From an uncultured virus (IMG/VR IMGVR_UViG_3300044448_003347) (lineage: Duplodnaviria; Heunggongvirae; Uroviricota; Caudoviricetes): a DNA stretch of 64,000 nucleotides. The notes under the pieces are model-generated. The model did no database searches. It worked only from the letters and a program-made list of their open reading frames with translations, and had not been told where the DNA came from. This document shows positions 1-9,025 of the stretch, one piece after another; the first letter of the stretch is position 1; each line of letters starts with the position of its first letter. A program made the position numbers and the translations under genes. The DNA is taken from IMG/VR virus record IMGVR_UViG_3300044448_003347; one strand, given 5' to 3'.

Positions 1-10
1 AGATCATTTA

Positions 11-193
11 TTAAAACTCTTCAGGGATTTCTAGTTCATCCAAGAAGACTTCAAATTCATAGTCACCGCGTTGCACGGTGGCTGTATTCGCTCCGGTTCG
101 TTCTTTGTAGACGACATGGTTTTCTTTGCCCTCGTCGGTTGAGGCATTCCAAATCAACTCATCTCCATCTTCAAACTTGATAAAAGTTCCCAC
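11..193 (-). CDS. small hypothetical protein
   Basis: 60-aa ORF, GTG start with GGAGG upstream, collinear with neighbours. Confidence 0.6.
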   Translation of the reverse strand: MGTFIKFEDGDELIWNASTDEGKENHVVYKERTGANTATVQRGDYEFEVFLDELEIPEEF

Positions 194-201
194 GGTGCCT
201 C

Positions 202-441
202 CTAGTTGTCGCTCAAAACATCTGTTAGTTGTGTTGCAAGTTCTTCTCTTCCGTCTGCGTCTGCGAGGGTGTGAACTCCTCCAGCCTCAGATACAATGGC
301 GGAAAGGCTGTCGCCCATCGCAGCGAACTCGCTCATGACTGCCGTTGCAGCAGCATCAAACTCTTCTGTCGTTCCGTTAAGGTGAAACTGTAGGACTTCT
401 TTAACTCTTTTCTCAATTACTGTATTTAGTTGTTCAAACAT
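202..441 (-). CDS. hypothetical protein (start moved to MFEQLN)
   Basis: ATG at 441 preceded by AGGAG. Confidence 0.6.
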   Translation of the reverse strand: MFEQLNTVIEKRVKEVLQFHLNGTTEEFDAAATAVMSEFAAMGDSLSAIVSEAGGVHTLADADGREELATQLTDVLSDN

Positions 442-449
442 TTTTTCTC

Positions 450-650
450 CTAATCGTTCAAGATTCTTCGCATATCGACTTCGACGGCTTCCCTCAAAAG
501 TTTGACCGCTTCTCTCAGGTCTGGATGTTCTCCGTTGTTTACTGCGATGTTTCGCATCATCCATTTCCAGTCTCGTCGGTCAAGCCTCATTTGAGGTATT
601 TCCATCGTTGCTAGTATTTCTAGCAATCTTTTTCGTCCTTCTATAGACAT
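450..650 (-). CDS. hypothetical protein (MSIEGRKR...)
   Basis: ATG at 650 with AGGAGG upstream. Confidence 0.6.
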   Translation of the reverse strand: MSIEGRKRLLEILATMEIPQMRLDRRDWKWMMRNIAVNNGEHPDLREAVKLLREAVEVDMRRILND

Positions 651-663
651 TTCATAATCCTCC

Positions 664-819
664 TTACAGGTCAAAAATACTTTGCAGGTAAAGCTGCTCG
701 TCCATGTAGAGATGGTCGAGGTCATCCATAGCCTCAACATCCTCTGGTGGGTGTTCATCGGTTGAAGCTACATAGATTTCGTCTTCATCACTCACCAAGT
801 CAATCTCAATAAAAGCCAT
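664..819 (-). CDS. small acidic hypothetical protein, 51 aa (not in ORF track)
   Basis: Manual translation MAFIEIDLVSDEDEIYVAST...SIFDL; AGGAG RBS directly downstream of a promoter. Confidence 0.6.
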   Translation of the reverse strand: MAFIEIDLVSDEDEIYVASTDEHPPEDVEAMDDLDHLYMDEQLYLQSIFDL

Positions 820-849
820 TGTTGCTCCTTTTGTTTAAGTTACTCTACT

Positions 850-888
850 ATAATAATCATTTTGAAAAGAAAGTCAAGAACTTTTTTG
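850..888 (-). promoter_or_regulatory. sigma70-like early promoter
   Basis: A-tract, TTGACT (872-877), 16 bp, TATTAT (850-855). Confidence 0.6.
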
Positions 889-1806
889 TATTTTTGTACC
901 AAACCCAAGGTCATACAAGCAAGTTTCTATAGAATATTTTCTAATGTGCTTACAGCTATTGGTTGCAATAGTGGCGTATTTATTCCACTCGATACCATCT
1001 ATTTTTCTCATGATCTTTTGCTTGTCTTTTTTGAGGATGACTCCATACCCGCTGCCATATTTAACGTCATTAAAATCATACACAGTCTTTAAAGTATTAC
1101 CAAAGTAGCTAGAGGAAACATAAAAATCATAAGTGCCAATCTTATCAAGTCCACACAATCTATCAGGCGAACTACAGACAGTGTAAATGTCAGCGTGGTC
1201 CGATACATCAAGGTCAGGGAAAATACTTTCTCCCGGTCCTTTTTTCCATATTTGAAAAAGTGTATTAACCTTAATTTCTTTGTTGACATCTGGTGAGAAG
1301 AACTTTTCTTTTTCCAAGACCTTTGAATAAACAAGATGACCGTTTGCAACTCGCTTCATATTCGACCCTTTTCCGTTACTGTGAAAGGACATTGGCAAAA
1401 TAAATGCGACATAATCTGCGAACAGAAGTGACCTATTCACAAAAGCTAACGCATATGCCCCACGAACACCGAAGGGAGGGTTTCCTATGACAATATATTT
1501 TTTATCTTCACCTGATGGATACCAGCTAAGAAAATCTTGTCGAATAAACTCAGGTCTTCGATTGTGCAATTCGATACCCATGCGGCATTCCTCTGGTAGT
1601 AAATCATAGAATGCCCCGGCACCTGCACTTGGTTCCAAGAATGTGTAACCTTCTGTTTCCAATTCGCTCATAACGATGTCCACGCATTTTGAAGCAGTTT
1701 CGGCAGAAGTAAAATAGCTATCCGCTGGTAACTGCTTATTAATTGCATAATGTGGCAATTCTGTAATCTCTTTGTTGTTTAATAAACCATCCCATGCACT
1801 AGACAA
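874..1806 (-). CDS. amino (N6-adenine type) DNA methyltransferase
   Basis: SAM-binding motif LEPSAGAG followed by catalytic motif IV GNPPF. Confidence 0.85.
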   Translation of the reverse strand: MSSAWDGLLNNKEITELPHYAINKQLPADSYFTSAETASKCVDIVMSELETEGYTFLEPSAGAGAFYDLLPEECRMGIELHNRRPEFIRQDFLSWYPSGEDKKYIVIGNPPFGVRGAYALAFVNRSLLFADYVAFILPMSFHSNGKGSNMKRVANGHLVYSKVLEKEKFFSPDVNKEIKVNTLFQIWKKGPGESIFPDLDVSDHADIYTVCSSPDRLCGLDKIGTYDFYVSSSYFGNTLKTVYDFNDVKYGSGYGVILKKDKQKIMRKIDGIEWNKYATIATNSCKHIRKYSIETCLYDLGFGTKIQKSS

Positions 1807-2302
1807 TTTTATTTACCTCCCGCAAAAAGTTTTCTGATGTCAACTCCATCAATGGGTATCGACCCTTTTGGGGTCTTGCTGTTAACTTATAAGAATCTTC
1901 TCCATTTTTTGTCATCGCAACTGTCAATTCATTGCAGGTTGACTTTGGAAATATCCCAAACCACATCTTATTTGGAGAAACCCCCAAACAATAAGCGTAA
2001 TCATAATCGACATCTTTTTTAATTCCATTGAACTGAAAAGAGCTGTTCGTGTCCTCTGTTGCCAGTTTGTGCTCTATCCTTATTCCCTTATCTCTCAATA
2101 GGATATCGAACTCTCCCTTACCACCATTGATAATCTTTGCATCAATACCAGCTTTCTTAAACATCTTCTCCGTGACTCTCTCTCCGAAATCTCCTTTGGG
2201 AGTCATATCTGCCCTCTTTACAACTTCGTATTTAGAACCGCGCCACTTGTCCTCATTTCTTGTTGACAAGTATTTAAGTTCTTCGCTGATGATGTTTTTC
2301 AT
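1799..2302 (-). CDS. putative type II restriction endonuclease, PD-(D/E)xK fold
   Basis: KGDFGE...EFDILL...IEHK pattern; overlaps the methyltransferase start. Confidence 0.6.
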   Translation of the reverse strand: MKNIISEELKYLSTRNEDKWRGSKYEVVKRADMTPKGDFGERVTEKMFKKAGIDAKIINGGKGEFDILLRDKGIRIEHKLATEDTNSSFQFNGIKKDVDYDYAYCLGVSPNKMWFGIFPKSTCNELTVAMTKNGEDSYKLTARPQKGRYPLMELTSENFLREVNKIV

Positions 2303-2330
2303 CGGTGCTCCTTTTCTAAGTTATATGAAT

Positions 2331-2369
2331 ATGATACAGGAATAAAAACTAAAGTCAACAACTTTTTTT
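2331..2369 (-). promoter_or_regulatory. sigma70-like early promoter of the R-M cassette
   Basis: A-tract, TTGACT (2353-2358), 16 bp, TATCAT (2331-2336). Confidence 0.6.
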
Positions 2370-2570
2370 ACTATTTGCAGGATTAATCATAACTAATTGT
2401 TCTTCAAGGATAAATTCTTGCCTGCCGGTCGTGGAACAAAATACACTCATCAATCTCCTATTCCCCCACCGCGATACTCTATACGTGTGCCCAATAACAA
2501 TGAGAAGTTCGTCTCTCCTGTCTCTATGTGAAACCAAGTCTCCCAATTCTAATGTGCCGCGCCGCGCCAC
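2355..2570 (-). CDS. small SH3/KOW-like protein
   Basis: ELGDLV motif; probable GTG start at 2570. Confidence 0.5.
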   Translation of the reverse strand: MARRGTLELGDLVSHRDRRDELLIVIGHTYRVSRWGNRRLMSVFCSTTGRQEFILEEQLVMINPANSKKSC

Positions 2571-2782
2571 TATGATCCCCCCAAAGACAAAACCGAAACC
2601 GAACCAAACCCGCCACCACAAGCCCAGTGTGAGGGAAAGGTGTTGGTCTTGCATATTACAGTCTTAAACAGTTTACCATTCGCGCCTCGCTCATACCAAT
2701 ATACAAGCCATCCTGCGCCAGTGTTCTCCATGACCAAGCCTTTTCCTAGCTCCCTGTTAGAAACCAGAGCACCTACTCTCAT
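2570..2782 (-). CDS. small SH3/KOW-like protein
   Basis: MRVGALV...GKGLV...WLVYW. Confidence 0.55.
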   Translation of the reverse strand: MRVGALVSNRELGKGLVMENTGAGWLVYWYERGANGKLFKTVICKTNTFPSHWACGGGFGSVSVLSLGGS

Positions 2783-2988
2783 TACTTTCTACTCACAAAC
2801 TTCAAGTCTGTTCTCAAATGGGGAGCGTGTTTTTTGCCGCCACACCAGTCCACATAGTACCACTCTTTTTTTCCATACTGCGTCGAGAAGTCTAGCCCAG
2901 AAACAATACCAACTAAGCCTAAAAATTCTTTACAGTATTTCAAACTCTTACCCTTCGCTGAAAGTTCAACGAGGTCGCCGATTTTCAT
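2782..2988 (-). CDS. small SH3/KOW-like protein
   Basis: MKIGDLV...VGIV...YYVDW...DLKFVS. Confidence 0.65.
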   Translation of the reverse strand: MKIGDLVELSAKGKSLKYCKEFLGLVGIVSGLDFSTQYGKKEWYYVDWCGGKKHAPHLRTDLKFVSRK

Positions 2989-3221
2989 TCTCCCCTCGCT
3001 TCAAGTTTTGACACTACTTGTAATACTTTCTGATTCCAAGTCTCTTCTTTGTTTGTGTCATAGAAATACACCTGCGCCAGTGGCGGAAATACCTTGAGCA
3101 CTACTCCGACAGCATCTGAGTGCTGGTTCCCCGTGTAGTGTGAGGGTATCATTCTCTTCACTAGGTCTCCCGTTTTCAGTTTTTTCTCATCAGGAGTAAA
3201 CTCCCAGTCATCCGGTCTCAT
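2985..3221 (-). CDS. small SH3/KOW-like protein
   Basis: LKTGDLV...VGVVLKV...LQVVS. Confidence 0.65.
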   Translation of the reverse strand: MRPDDWEFTPDEKKLKTGDLVKRMIPSHYTGNQHSDAVGVVLKVFPPLAQVYFYDTNKEETWNQKVLQVVSKLEARGE

Positions 3222-3397
3222 CTTTCAACCTCGCTTATTACTTCAAAATACTCTGCGTGATATACAATGTCTTTCCCCAGTTTGCTTCCTCTGGTTGGGT
3301 TCAGAGTCACCCACATCTTCGCCTCGTCCCCTCCAACTCCTGTGACGATTGCTAGGTCACCCGTGGCTTTGTTCCTAACCAAGTCACCGACCTGCAT
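3218..3397 (-). CDS. small SH3/KOW-like protein, 59 aa (not in ORF track)
   Basis: Manual translation MQVGDLVRNKATGDLAIVTGV...FEVISEVER; ATGA overlap with the next gene. Confidence 0.65.
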   Translation of the reverse strand: MQVGDLVRNKATGDLAIVTGVGGDEAKMWVTLNPTRGSKLGKDIVYHAEYFEVISEVER

Positions 3398-3478
3398 ACC
3401 AACAGGCTCCCCCTATCACAACAAGCGCAACGCTGCTGACAATAAACATTACTTCTTCGTATGAAAACATTTCTTCTC

Positions 3479-3676
3479 CTAGTGTTTGTGGGCTGGCATG
3501 TTTATCATGCCTGCCAATAATAATTCTTCCGCCATTCTCTGATAAGAACCTTGAAGAGAGTGAATCATGCCAGAATCTAGAAGGAACTGAAACAGGGCGT
3601 ACACCTCTTCATTCTCTAGCTCTCCCTGTTCAAACGCCATAATCTTTCCAACAATGTCTGTGGATTCTTTACTCAT
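3479..3676 (-). CDS. hypothetical phage protein
   Basis: 65-aa ORF with GAGGAG RBS and an upstream TTGACA (3729-3734). Confidence 0.7.
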   Translation of the reverse strand: MSKESTDIVGKIMAFEQGELENEEVYALFQFLLDSGMIHSLQGSYQRMAEELLLAGMINMPAHKH

Positions 3677-3730
3677 TTTATTCTCCTCAAAAAAGTTACA
3701 GACTTACATTATCAAATATTATATTAAATG

Positions 3731-4243
3731 TCAACTCTTTTTAGGTTTTACCTTGAGGAACTTTAAATAAGCATCGTTAAGTCTATCAAAATATTTAGAT
3801 TTCATCAAAGTTTTATGGGCTTTAGAGAGTTCATTCCTGCTTGCGATATTGATTAGGAAGTAGGGTGCCGATGCTCTAGGATTGAAGCCATCTATCTCTG
3901 TATCTTTATCGTTGGGATTGAAGCAAATACACTTGTAATCCTTGGCTCCAGCCTGTCGCAAGACCCTGTTGATGAATCTCTGGTATTTCTTGGTGTCCTC
4001 TGCGGTCAGTTCTTCGTCGGATAGCTGGGCGAAGAGTGCCGATTGTTTACCAGATGACAAGAACTTGTCAATGAGTTCTGGTAAAGACACCTTGCCGGGG
4101 ATGACCACATCAATCATCAGGCGACCAGAGTCTAGTTCTGGACCAGCGAAAGGGCAGGTCGGCATACCGCCGAACTCCTCTCGTGGTGGGCGAATGACAT
4201 TGTTGATATAGTCCTTCACTTCGTTTATTATTTTATCACTCAA
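3731..4243 (-). CDS. DUF1415-like protein
   Basis: N-terminal CPFA motif and later NP...RASAPYFLINI segment. Confidence 0.5.
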   Translation of the reverse strand: MSDKIINEVKDYINNVIRPPREEFGGMPTCPFAGPELDSGRLMIDVVIPGKVSLPELIDKFLSSGKQSALFAQLSDEELTAEDTKKYQRFINRVLRQAGAKDYKCICFNPNDKDTEIDGFNPRASAPYFLINIASRNELSKAHKTLMKSKYFDRLNDAYLKFLKVKPKKS

Positions 4244-4255
4244 GGTGACCTCGCA

Positions 4256-4342
4256 TTAATCTTTCTTGTTAATGTTCATAAACCAAGCAGCGATTCCGTA
4301 AGAAACCATGCCCATTAACACCGCAACAATCAAGCCAGTCAT
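4256..4342 (-). CDS. possible 28-aa single-pass membrane peptide
   Basis: MTGLIVAVLMGMVSYGIAAWFMNINKKD fills the gap; GGAGG upstream. Confidence 0.4.
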   Translation of the reverse strand: MTGLIVAVLMGMVSYGIAAWFMNINKKD

Positions 4343-4357
4343 AGCATCACCCCTCCT

Positions 4358-6073
4358 TTAATCTTTATTATGCCTAGCTGCCATCCAACCAAAGGCACCG
4401 CCCAAAGAATATGTTAACATAAGCAACATGAACAACTTCCAAAATGTAGCTTTCTTATCGGTCTGATGACAACCACTAGGCTCAACAAGCTCAACAATAA
4501 TTTCAGAGTCTTCCCCAATGTTTTGGAAAGGTGGCTCCTGCTCAATAACCTCTGCCCGTTCTGCTGGGTCTGGGATGCTGGATGGCTCTTCTGTGACCCC
4601 AGAGATGTGACGCTTTGGAGAGTCAGCAGCCTCGTCTAAGGCTCCCGTAACCACGACAGGTGATAGTTCTAGCGGTTCTTCCTCTTCGCTTTCGTCCTCC
4701 CAAACAATGTCAGGTATCGCAGGGTAGCAATCTGGGGAGTTATCAATCAATCCATCACAGTCATCATCGAAGTTATTACACTCTTCTTCTTTTGGTTGCT
4801 GTGCATCGCACTGGTCAAAGATGCCCATCACACAGTACGACAGACCTTTTCCGCAAACGGTGGAGCAATCCTGTGTAATACCCTCGTCTATCTGTCCATC
4901 ACAGTCATTGTCTAAACCATCGCAAGATACCTCGAAGTCTTCAACGCCATCAGGCATGGCACATAACCACTCACCCTTGGCGCAAACTGGTGTCGCATAT
5001 GCACACACGCCTTCACCCTCACAGATTCCGTCTGGGGCTATATCTCCAGCATAACATTCAACTTCTACTGGAGGAGTCCATATTACATCGCCGAGAGTAA
5101 CCGAGACTGAATCCCACCCATCAAACCAGAGAGGGTTATGATTTCTAAATGTAGCACCGAGATGAATATCTTCCAGATGCACCTGCTCTCCTTGGGGTGC
5201 CTGAATGACCATAAAGTATTCGTGATAAGCAGAGTCATTAGCGGTGGAGCCATCCTTCGTCACAACGAGGTTCCAAGCCATGTTGTCTGCGCCACCAAGC
5301 ACAACCATCTCCCAGCGATACAAGGTCACGGAATACTGAGAGGAAACTTTGTACGAGTTATTTAAATATCCTTTGGATTGAATGTTAACCTGAGACTTTA
5401 AATCTTTCAAGAACCCACCTTCCTTGAAGTCCATCCCCAATAGAGAGCCAGCGAGTTGAACGGGGTCAGCAGAGGCATTAGCCCCAGCCGATAGGTCATA
5501 GCCAGCGGAGTAGGCTTGTTCCATGTTGATGGTTTTGAGCGGCTCCCACTTATAGTTTTGGAATGGGACGGACCAGTCCCACCTAATAGCGCCAGCTTCG
5601 CCGCTATTTTTCATGACAGCTTCGACGTGTTGAGCAGGTTGGATGTCGTACATGAACTCACCAAGCCAGTTGTCTTCTTGTGATAGTTGCCAATCGTCGA
5701 TGGTGTTTGGCGAGGATTTAACTTTCAACACTATCACATAGAAATCGGATGACTTGGGTATGGATGATTCAAACCAAAAGAACTCCGCAATCCCATCGAT
5801 TGTATTCCCAGTGTCCTCGTTCTCCGCACCGAAGAACAACGTATCCCCCTGCCAAAACCCGTAGGCTTGGGTTTCATAGTCATCATAGATTCCAGTGTAT
5901 AAATCGCCACCTTGGATTTCTTCCCCTTCAGATAGAATGCGAGCACCGATAAACGATGTGTCGGTTGCACTCACCCCAGATTCTATTTCCGTGGGTGGCA
6001 TTCCTTGGTTTGCGTAGGCATAGAAGGTCAGAAGACTTAGCAAAAGCCCCAAGAAGATGTCTAGTTTTTTCAT
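4358..6073 (-). CDS. exported Cys-rich surface protein with CDGxDNDCDGxxDE repeats and C-terminal membrane anchor
   Basis: Signal peptide; EVSCDGLDNDCDGQIDEG and EECNNFDDDCDGLIDN; acidic linker; SGC followed by hydrophobic helix and basic tail. Confidence 0.75.
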   Translation of the reverse strand: MKKLDIFLGLLLSLLTFYAYANQGMPPTEIESGVSATDTSFIGARILSEGEEIQGGDLYTGIYDDYETQAYGFWQGDTLFFGAENEDTGNTIDGIAEFFWFESSIPKSSDFYVIVLKVKSSPNTIDDWQLSQEDNWLGEFMYDIQPAQHVEAVMKNSGEAGAIRWDWSVPFQNYKWEPLKTINMEQAYSAGYDLSAGANASADPVQLAGSLLGMDFKEGGFLKDLKSQVNIQSKGYLNNSYKVSSQYSVTLYRWEMVVLGGADNMAWNLVVTKDGSTANDSAYHEYFMVIQAPQGEQVHLEDIHLGATFRNHNPLWFDGWDSVSVTLGDVIWTPPVEVECYAGDIAPDGICEGEGVCAYATPVCAKGEWLCAMPDGVEDFEVSCDGLDNDCDGQIDEGITQDCSTVCGKGLSYCVMGIFDQCDAQQPKEEECNNFDDDCDGLIDNSPDCYPAIPDIVWEDESEEEEPLELSPVVVTGALDEAADSPKRHISGVTEEPSSIPDPAERAEVIEQEPPFQNIGEDSEIIVELVEPSGCHQTDKKATFWKLFMLLMLTYSLGGAFGWMAARHNKD

Positions 6074-6105
6074 GATTACTCCGTTAGTTTATAATGGTGG
6101 TAAGT

Positions 6106-6134
6106 AGTATAGCAGATAATAAAAGGAAATTCAA
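6106..6134 (-). promoter_or_regulatory. sigma70-like promoter
   Basis: TTGAAT-17bp-TATACT. Confidence 0.5.
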
Positions 6135-6136
6135 GG

Positions 6137-6445
6137 TTAATCTGTTGAGAGGGGATTTTTTTTGTAGTAATCCATTAGCAGTTCTTCTATCTCTTGGTCT
6201 AGGTTGCCCAAGTCTTGGAACGGAACAATATTCTCCTCGCTGACCAAGCGGCTTTCCATAGTGCCTTCCCAAGTGACGACAGCTATTTCATAATAATATT
6301 TTGTTTCTTGTTTGCCTGAAGACATTTTGACTTTGGTGACGATGCTGGGTCGCCCTTCTATGAATGGATTCCACTGCGGGGTAGGTGGGATAGTTCTGTA
6401 GTAGCAGGCAACGAGTTGCCCTAGTTTGTATTTGCTTCCTTCCAA
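6137..6445 (-). CDS. SH3/KOW-like hypothetical protein
   Basis: YKLGQLV...SIVTKV...YYEI. Confidence 0.55.
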   Translation of the reverse strand: MEGSKYKLGQLVACYYRTIPPTPQWNPFIEGRPSIVTKVKMSSGKQETKYYYEIAVVTWEGTMESRLVSEENIVPFQDLGNLDQEIEELLMDYYKKNPLSTD

Positions 6446-6457
6446 CCATTTAGTTCC

Positions 6458-6721
6458 TTAGCAATCTGCGCCGGGTTGTATGAGTATTAGGTCTTCGTCA
6501 TACCAATCATGCCAAAGTATTTGAGCGGCTTCAATGTCAACCCAATCTATAGTATATAGGTTGCGAGTTTGACCTTTGTCATTTTTTAGTATTGTGACCG
6601 TTGTGACAACACCTAGCCATGGCAGCCCTTGAGGGTCTGCATTGATTTTTGTTTTAACTAAGTCCCCTACCGAGAACTTGTCTGCCTTTATGCCTAGTAA
6701 TTCGTCTGTTAGTGTCTTCAT
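6458..6721 (-). CDS. SH3/KOW-like hypothetical protein (start uncertain)
   Basis: FSVGDLV...LGVVT...YTIDW...EDLILI. Confidence 0.55.
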   Translation of the reverse strand: MKTLTDELLGIKADKFSVGDLVKTKINADPQGLPWLGVVTTVTILKNDKGQTRNLYTIDWVDIEAAQILWHDWYDEDLILIQPGADC

Positions 6722-6774
6722 ATGAAAAAAATTCTGGCGAAAAAAATCGCGGCGATTGCCTGCGATTGCTTTAA

Positions 6775-7026
6775 TTAACCTACCCACACGCCACTGAGAA
6801 CCACGAGGTCCCGCTCTGAGAATGTCATTGTTATCATCTTGCCGTTCTTGCCGACCATGCAACATTGATACTCAAGCGATATCTGCTTCTTCCCTGTGAC
6901 CGGGAACGATGTTACTTCTATTTCAGACAGGACGATGCCGATGGGACCAGTATCAGTCCCGCCTGCGCCTTTTAATGCAACCAAGTCTCCGACTCGGATT
7001 CGCCCTATGTTTTCGTAGATATTCAT
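6775..7026 (-). CDS. SH3/KOW-like hypothetical protein
   Basis: IRVGDLV...IGIVL...ERDLVVL. Confidence 0.6.
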   Translation of the reverse strand: MNIYENIGRIRVGDLVALKGAGGTDTGPIGIVLSEIEVTSFPVTGKKQISLEYQCCMVGKNGKMITMTFSERDLVVLSGVWVG

Positions 7027-7052
7027 CTACATAAATAGTTTACCGCAATGGT

Positions 7053-7331
7053 TTAAGTTAACTCAAAATCAACATCGGTGCCATTTCTAAACCACCCTTG
7101 CCACTTCTCATTAAGAGACATGACTAGAATTTGTTCTTCATTACAATCAAATGGACCAGAGTGTGAGATGTGCATGAGCTTCATCACATCGCCGTATTCT
7201 TCTACGCGCTGCTCTGCTCGCTCTGTGATAGGGACGAGCCTAATTGTTACATTCAAATCAGGTCTTCCTTTAATCTCACTTGGCTGCCAAATATCGTACT
7301 CTAGTTCTGGTCTGTAATCTAAGTTATTCAA
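7053..7331 (-). CDS. hypothetical protein
   Basis: 92-aa ORF, GGAGG RBS, own promoter. Confidence 0.6.
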   Translation of the reverse strand: MNNLDYRPELEYDIWQPSEIKGRPDLNVTIRLVPITERAEQRVEEYGDVMKLMHISHSGPFDCNEEQILVMSLNEKWQGWFRNGTDVDFELT

Positions 7332-7355
7332 ATTGCGTTACCTCCATTGTTATGC

Positions 7356-7384
7356 ACTATAACAAAACACATAGCTGTTGTCAA
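7356..7384 (-). promoter_or_regulatory. sigma70-like promoter
   Basis: TTGACA-17bp-TATAGT. Confidence 0.75.
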
Positions 7385-7406
7385 GGGCTATAGTAAATAT
7401 CTATTA

Positions 7407-7440
7407 GAAAAAGAAAACGACGCTGAGAAGCGCCGTTTCC
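7407..7440 (-). terminator. intrinsic terminator after hsp20
   Basis: AAACGGCGCT-TCTC-AGCGTCGTTT stem followed by a T-rich tract. Confidence 0.7.
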
Positions 7441-7474
7441 AAAGGGTTTTAGAATGTTAAACAAGAGAGACAAA

Positions 7475-7885
7475 CTAACTAACTTTAATCGTTACTGTTT
7501 CTGGAACAGTAGCTTCTGGTTTTTGTACCGCAACTCTTAAGATTCCTTGATGATAATCGGCTGAAATCTTGTCGGCAGTGGTCCCTTCAGGTAGGGTCCA
7601 TGTCTTTGTGAAGGCAGAGGTACCGAACTCTGTATCTGTTTTGTTTGTTTGGACAGTCAGAGTTCCCTCTGTGATTGTAATATTAAAGTCCTCCTTGTCC
7701 AAACCCGGAGCAGCAACAGAAATAATATGTTTGTTGTCCTCGGTTGTCACTTTGGTGTCAACGGTGGATGTTGTTCTCTTCCTTGGGATTGTTACGCTCT
7801 CAAAGAATGGATCAAAGAGGGAGTCAAAAAGACTATCGAATGTGGTTGTAGTTGGTGTTCTGTAAGTTGAAAGTGAAATTGTCAT
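7475..7885 (-). CDS. small heat-shock protein (Hsp20/alpha-crystallin)
   Basis: APGLDKEDFNI...FTKTWTLP...ISADYHQGILRVAVQK. Confidence 0.9.
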   Translation of the reverse strand: MTISLSTYRTPTTTTFDSLFDSLFDPFFESVTIPRKRTTSTVDTKVTTEDNKHIISVAAPGLDKEDFNITITEGTLTVQTNKTDTEFGTSAFTKTWTLPEGTTADKISADYHQGILRVAVQKPEATVPETVTIKVS

Positions 7886-7986
7886 TGTATTATCTCCTAA
7901 TGGTTATGGGCAGTTTCTATCTGCCATTCACTATGATAACAATATATACATACTTTTTTGCTTGTCAAGGGGTAGAAGTAAAAAAA

Positions 7987-8382
7987 TTATTCTTTTTCTT
8001 CTAGTTCGGTTTCGGGAGATGGCTTTGTTAAGATAGAGCCGTCGTCCCTGTAGTGAACCTGTTCACCGTCTTCGTAGGTGATTATGGTTTCATTGCCGGG
8101 GTGTGGCTTGATGTGAACCGTAGCAAAATCGGTGATGCTATCAAACATAGCAATAGAGCCGCGAGGGGCTGGATATAACCAATGAACAACACACTGACCA
8201 GTTGCTAAGACAATGCCCTCGATTACAACTCCAGTGCCAGATACACCTGATTCGTCATTAACGCGACAAACAGTGAAGGTTCTTATGCCTTGAGGAGCCA
8301 ACTTAGCTGGCTTCTTGGGCTTCAGGTCAACCTCTGGGGTTTCTTCTGATTGTTTTTCTTCCGATATCTCTTTAGTTTCCAC
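7987..8382 (-). CDS. conserved phage hypothetical protein
   Basis: RxxDESGVSGTGVVIEG motif recognised from many phage proteins. Confidence 0.65.
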   Translation of the reverse strand: METKEISEEKQSEETPEVDLKPKKPAKLAPQGIRTFTVCRVNDESGVSGTGVVIEGIVLATGQCVVHWLYPAPRGSIAMFDSITDFATVHIKPHPGNETIITYEDGEQVHYRDDGSILTKPSPETELEEKE

Positions 8383-8394
8383 TGTACATCTCCG

Positions 8395-8772
8395 TTAGTG
8401 CTTTAACATTGAAACCCCAAGGGTGACCAATTCGTTTTCACAGGCTGCTGTAGTTACTAAATAGCTACTAATGATGGTAAAGTCTTCGTAAGGAACTACG
8501 ATGTTGTCCTCGCCTGTCTTCTTGTTCTTTATTATATTATCTGATAATAACTGACCCTGCATAAACTCTTCGTAGAATTTCATGTTAGTCATGTATTCAG
8601 CCAAGGTGTCAACAACACTATCTTTGTATTTCAATGCTGTGTCGTCGCAGAGATATGATTCTAGCAATATTTTTGCCATGTTAAATCTCTCTCTGGCTGA
8701 CTCTATGTGTTTCTTGGCTCCATCCAAAGTCATTGCATAGGTAAGCTTTTTTTCCTTCTTATCATCGCTCAC
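8395..8772 (-). CDS. hypothetical protein (probable GTG start at 8772)
   Basis: ORF track; start moved to shorten the overlap with glutaredoxin. Confidence 0.55.
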   Translation of the reverse strand: MSDDKKEKKLTYAMTLDGAKKHIESARERFNMAKILLESYLCDDTALKYKDSVVDTLAEYMTNMKFYEEFMQGQLLSDNIIKNKKTGEDNIVVPYEDFTIISSYLVTTAACENELVTLGVSMLKH

Positions 8773-9025
8773 TAATATCTTCCCCCAAGTATTCAACGAG
8801 GTCGGTGTATCCCCCAATAAACTTATGATCTCGTCCCTGAATTTCAAACACCATGGGTATTGTTTTCCAAGACATTTCTTCTTTAAGTCTCTCTAGGGTC
8901 GGGTGGTCCCAACCTAACTCCATGGCTATGTGACTATGCCCTCTCTCTTCCAAAAGGTCTTTGGCTTTGATACAGAAGGGGCATTCAGAGTTTGAATACA
9001 GATAGAATGTTTTTTTATCACTCAT
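8762..9025 (-). CDS. glutaredoxin
   Basis: CPFC active site, TIP and FIGGYTDL motifs. Confidence 0.9.
   Translation of the reverse strand: MSDKKTFYLYSNSECPFCIKAKDLLEERGHSHIAMELGWDHPTLERLKEEMSWKTIPMVFEIQGRDHKFIGGYTDLVEYLGEDISER

Noticed and set aside
7886..7940. ROSE-like RNA thermometer before hsp20
   Set aside because: A GGCAG/CTGCC hairpin exists but does not pair with the SD and lacks the ROSE motif.
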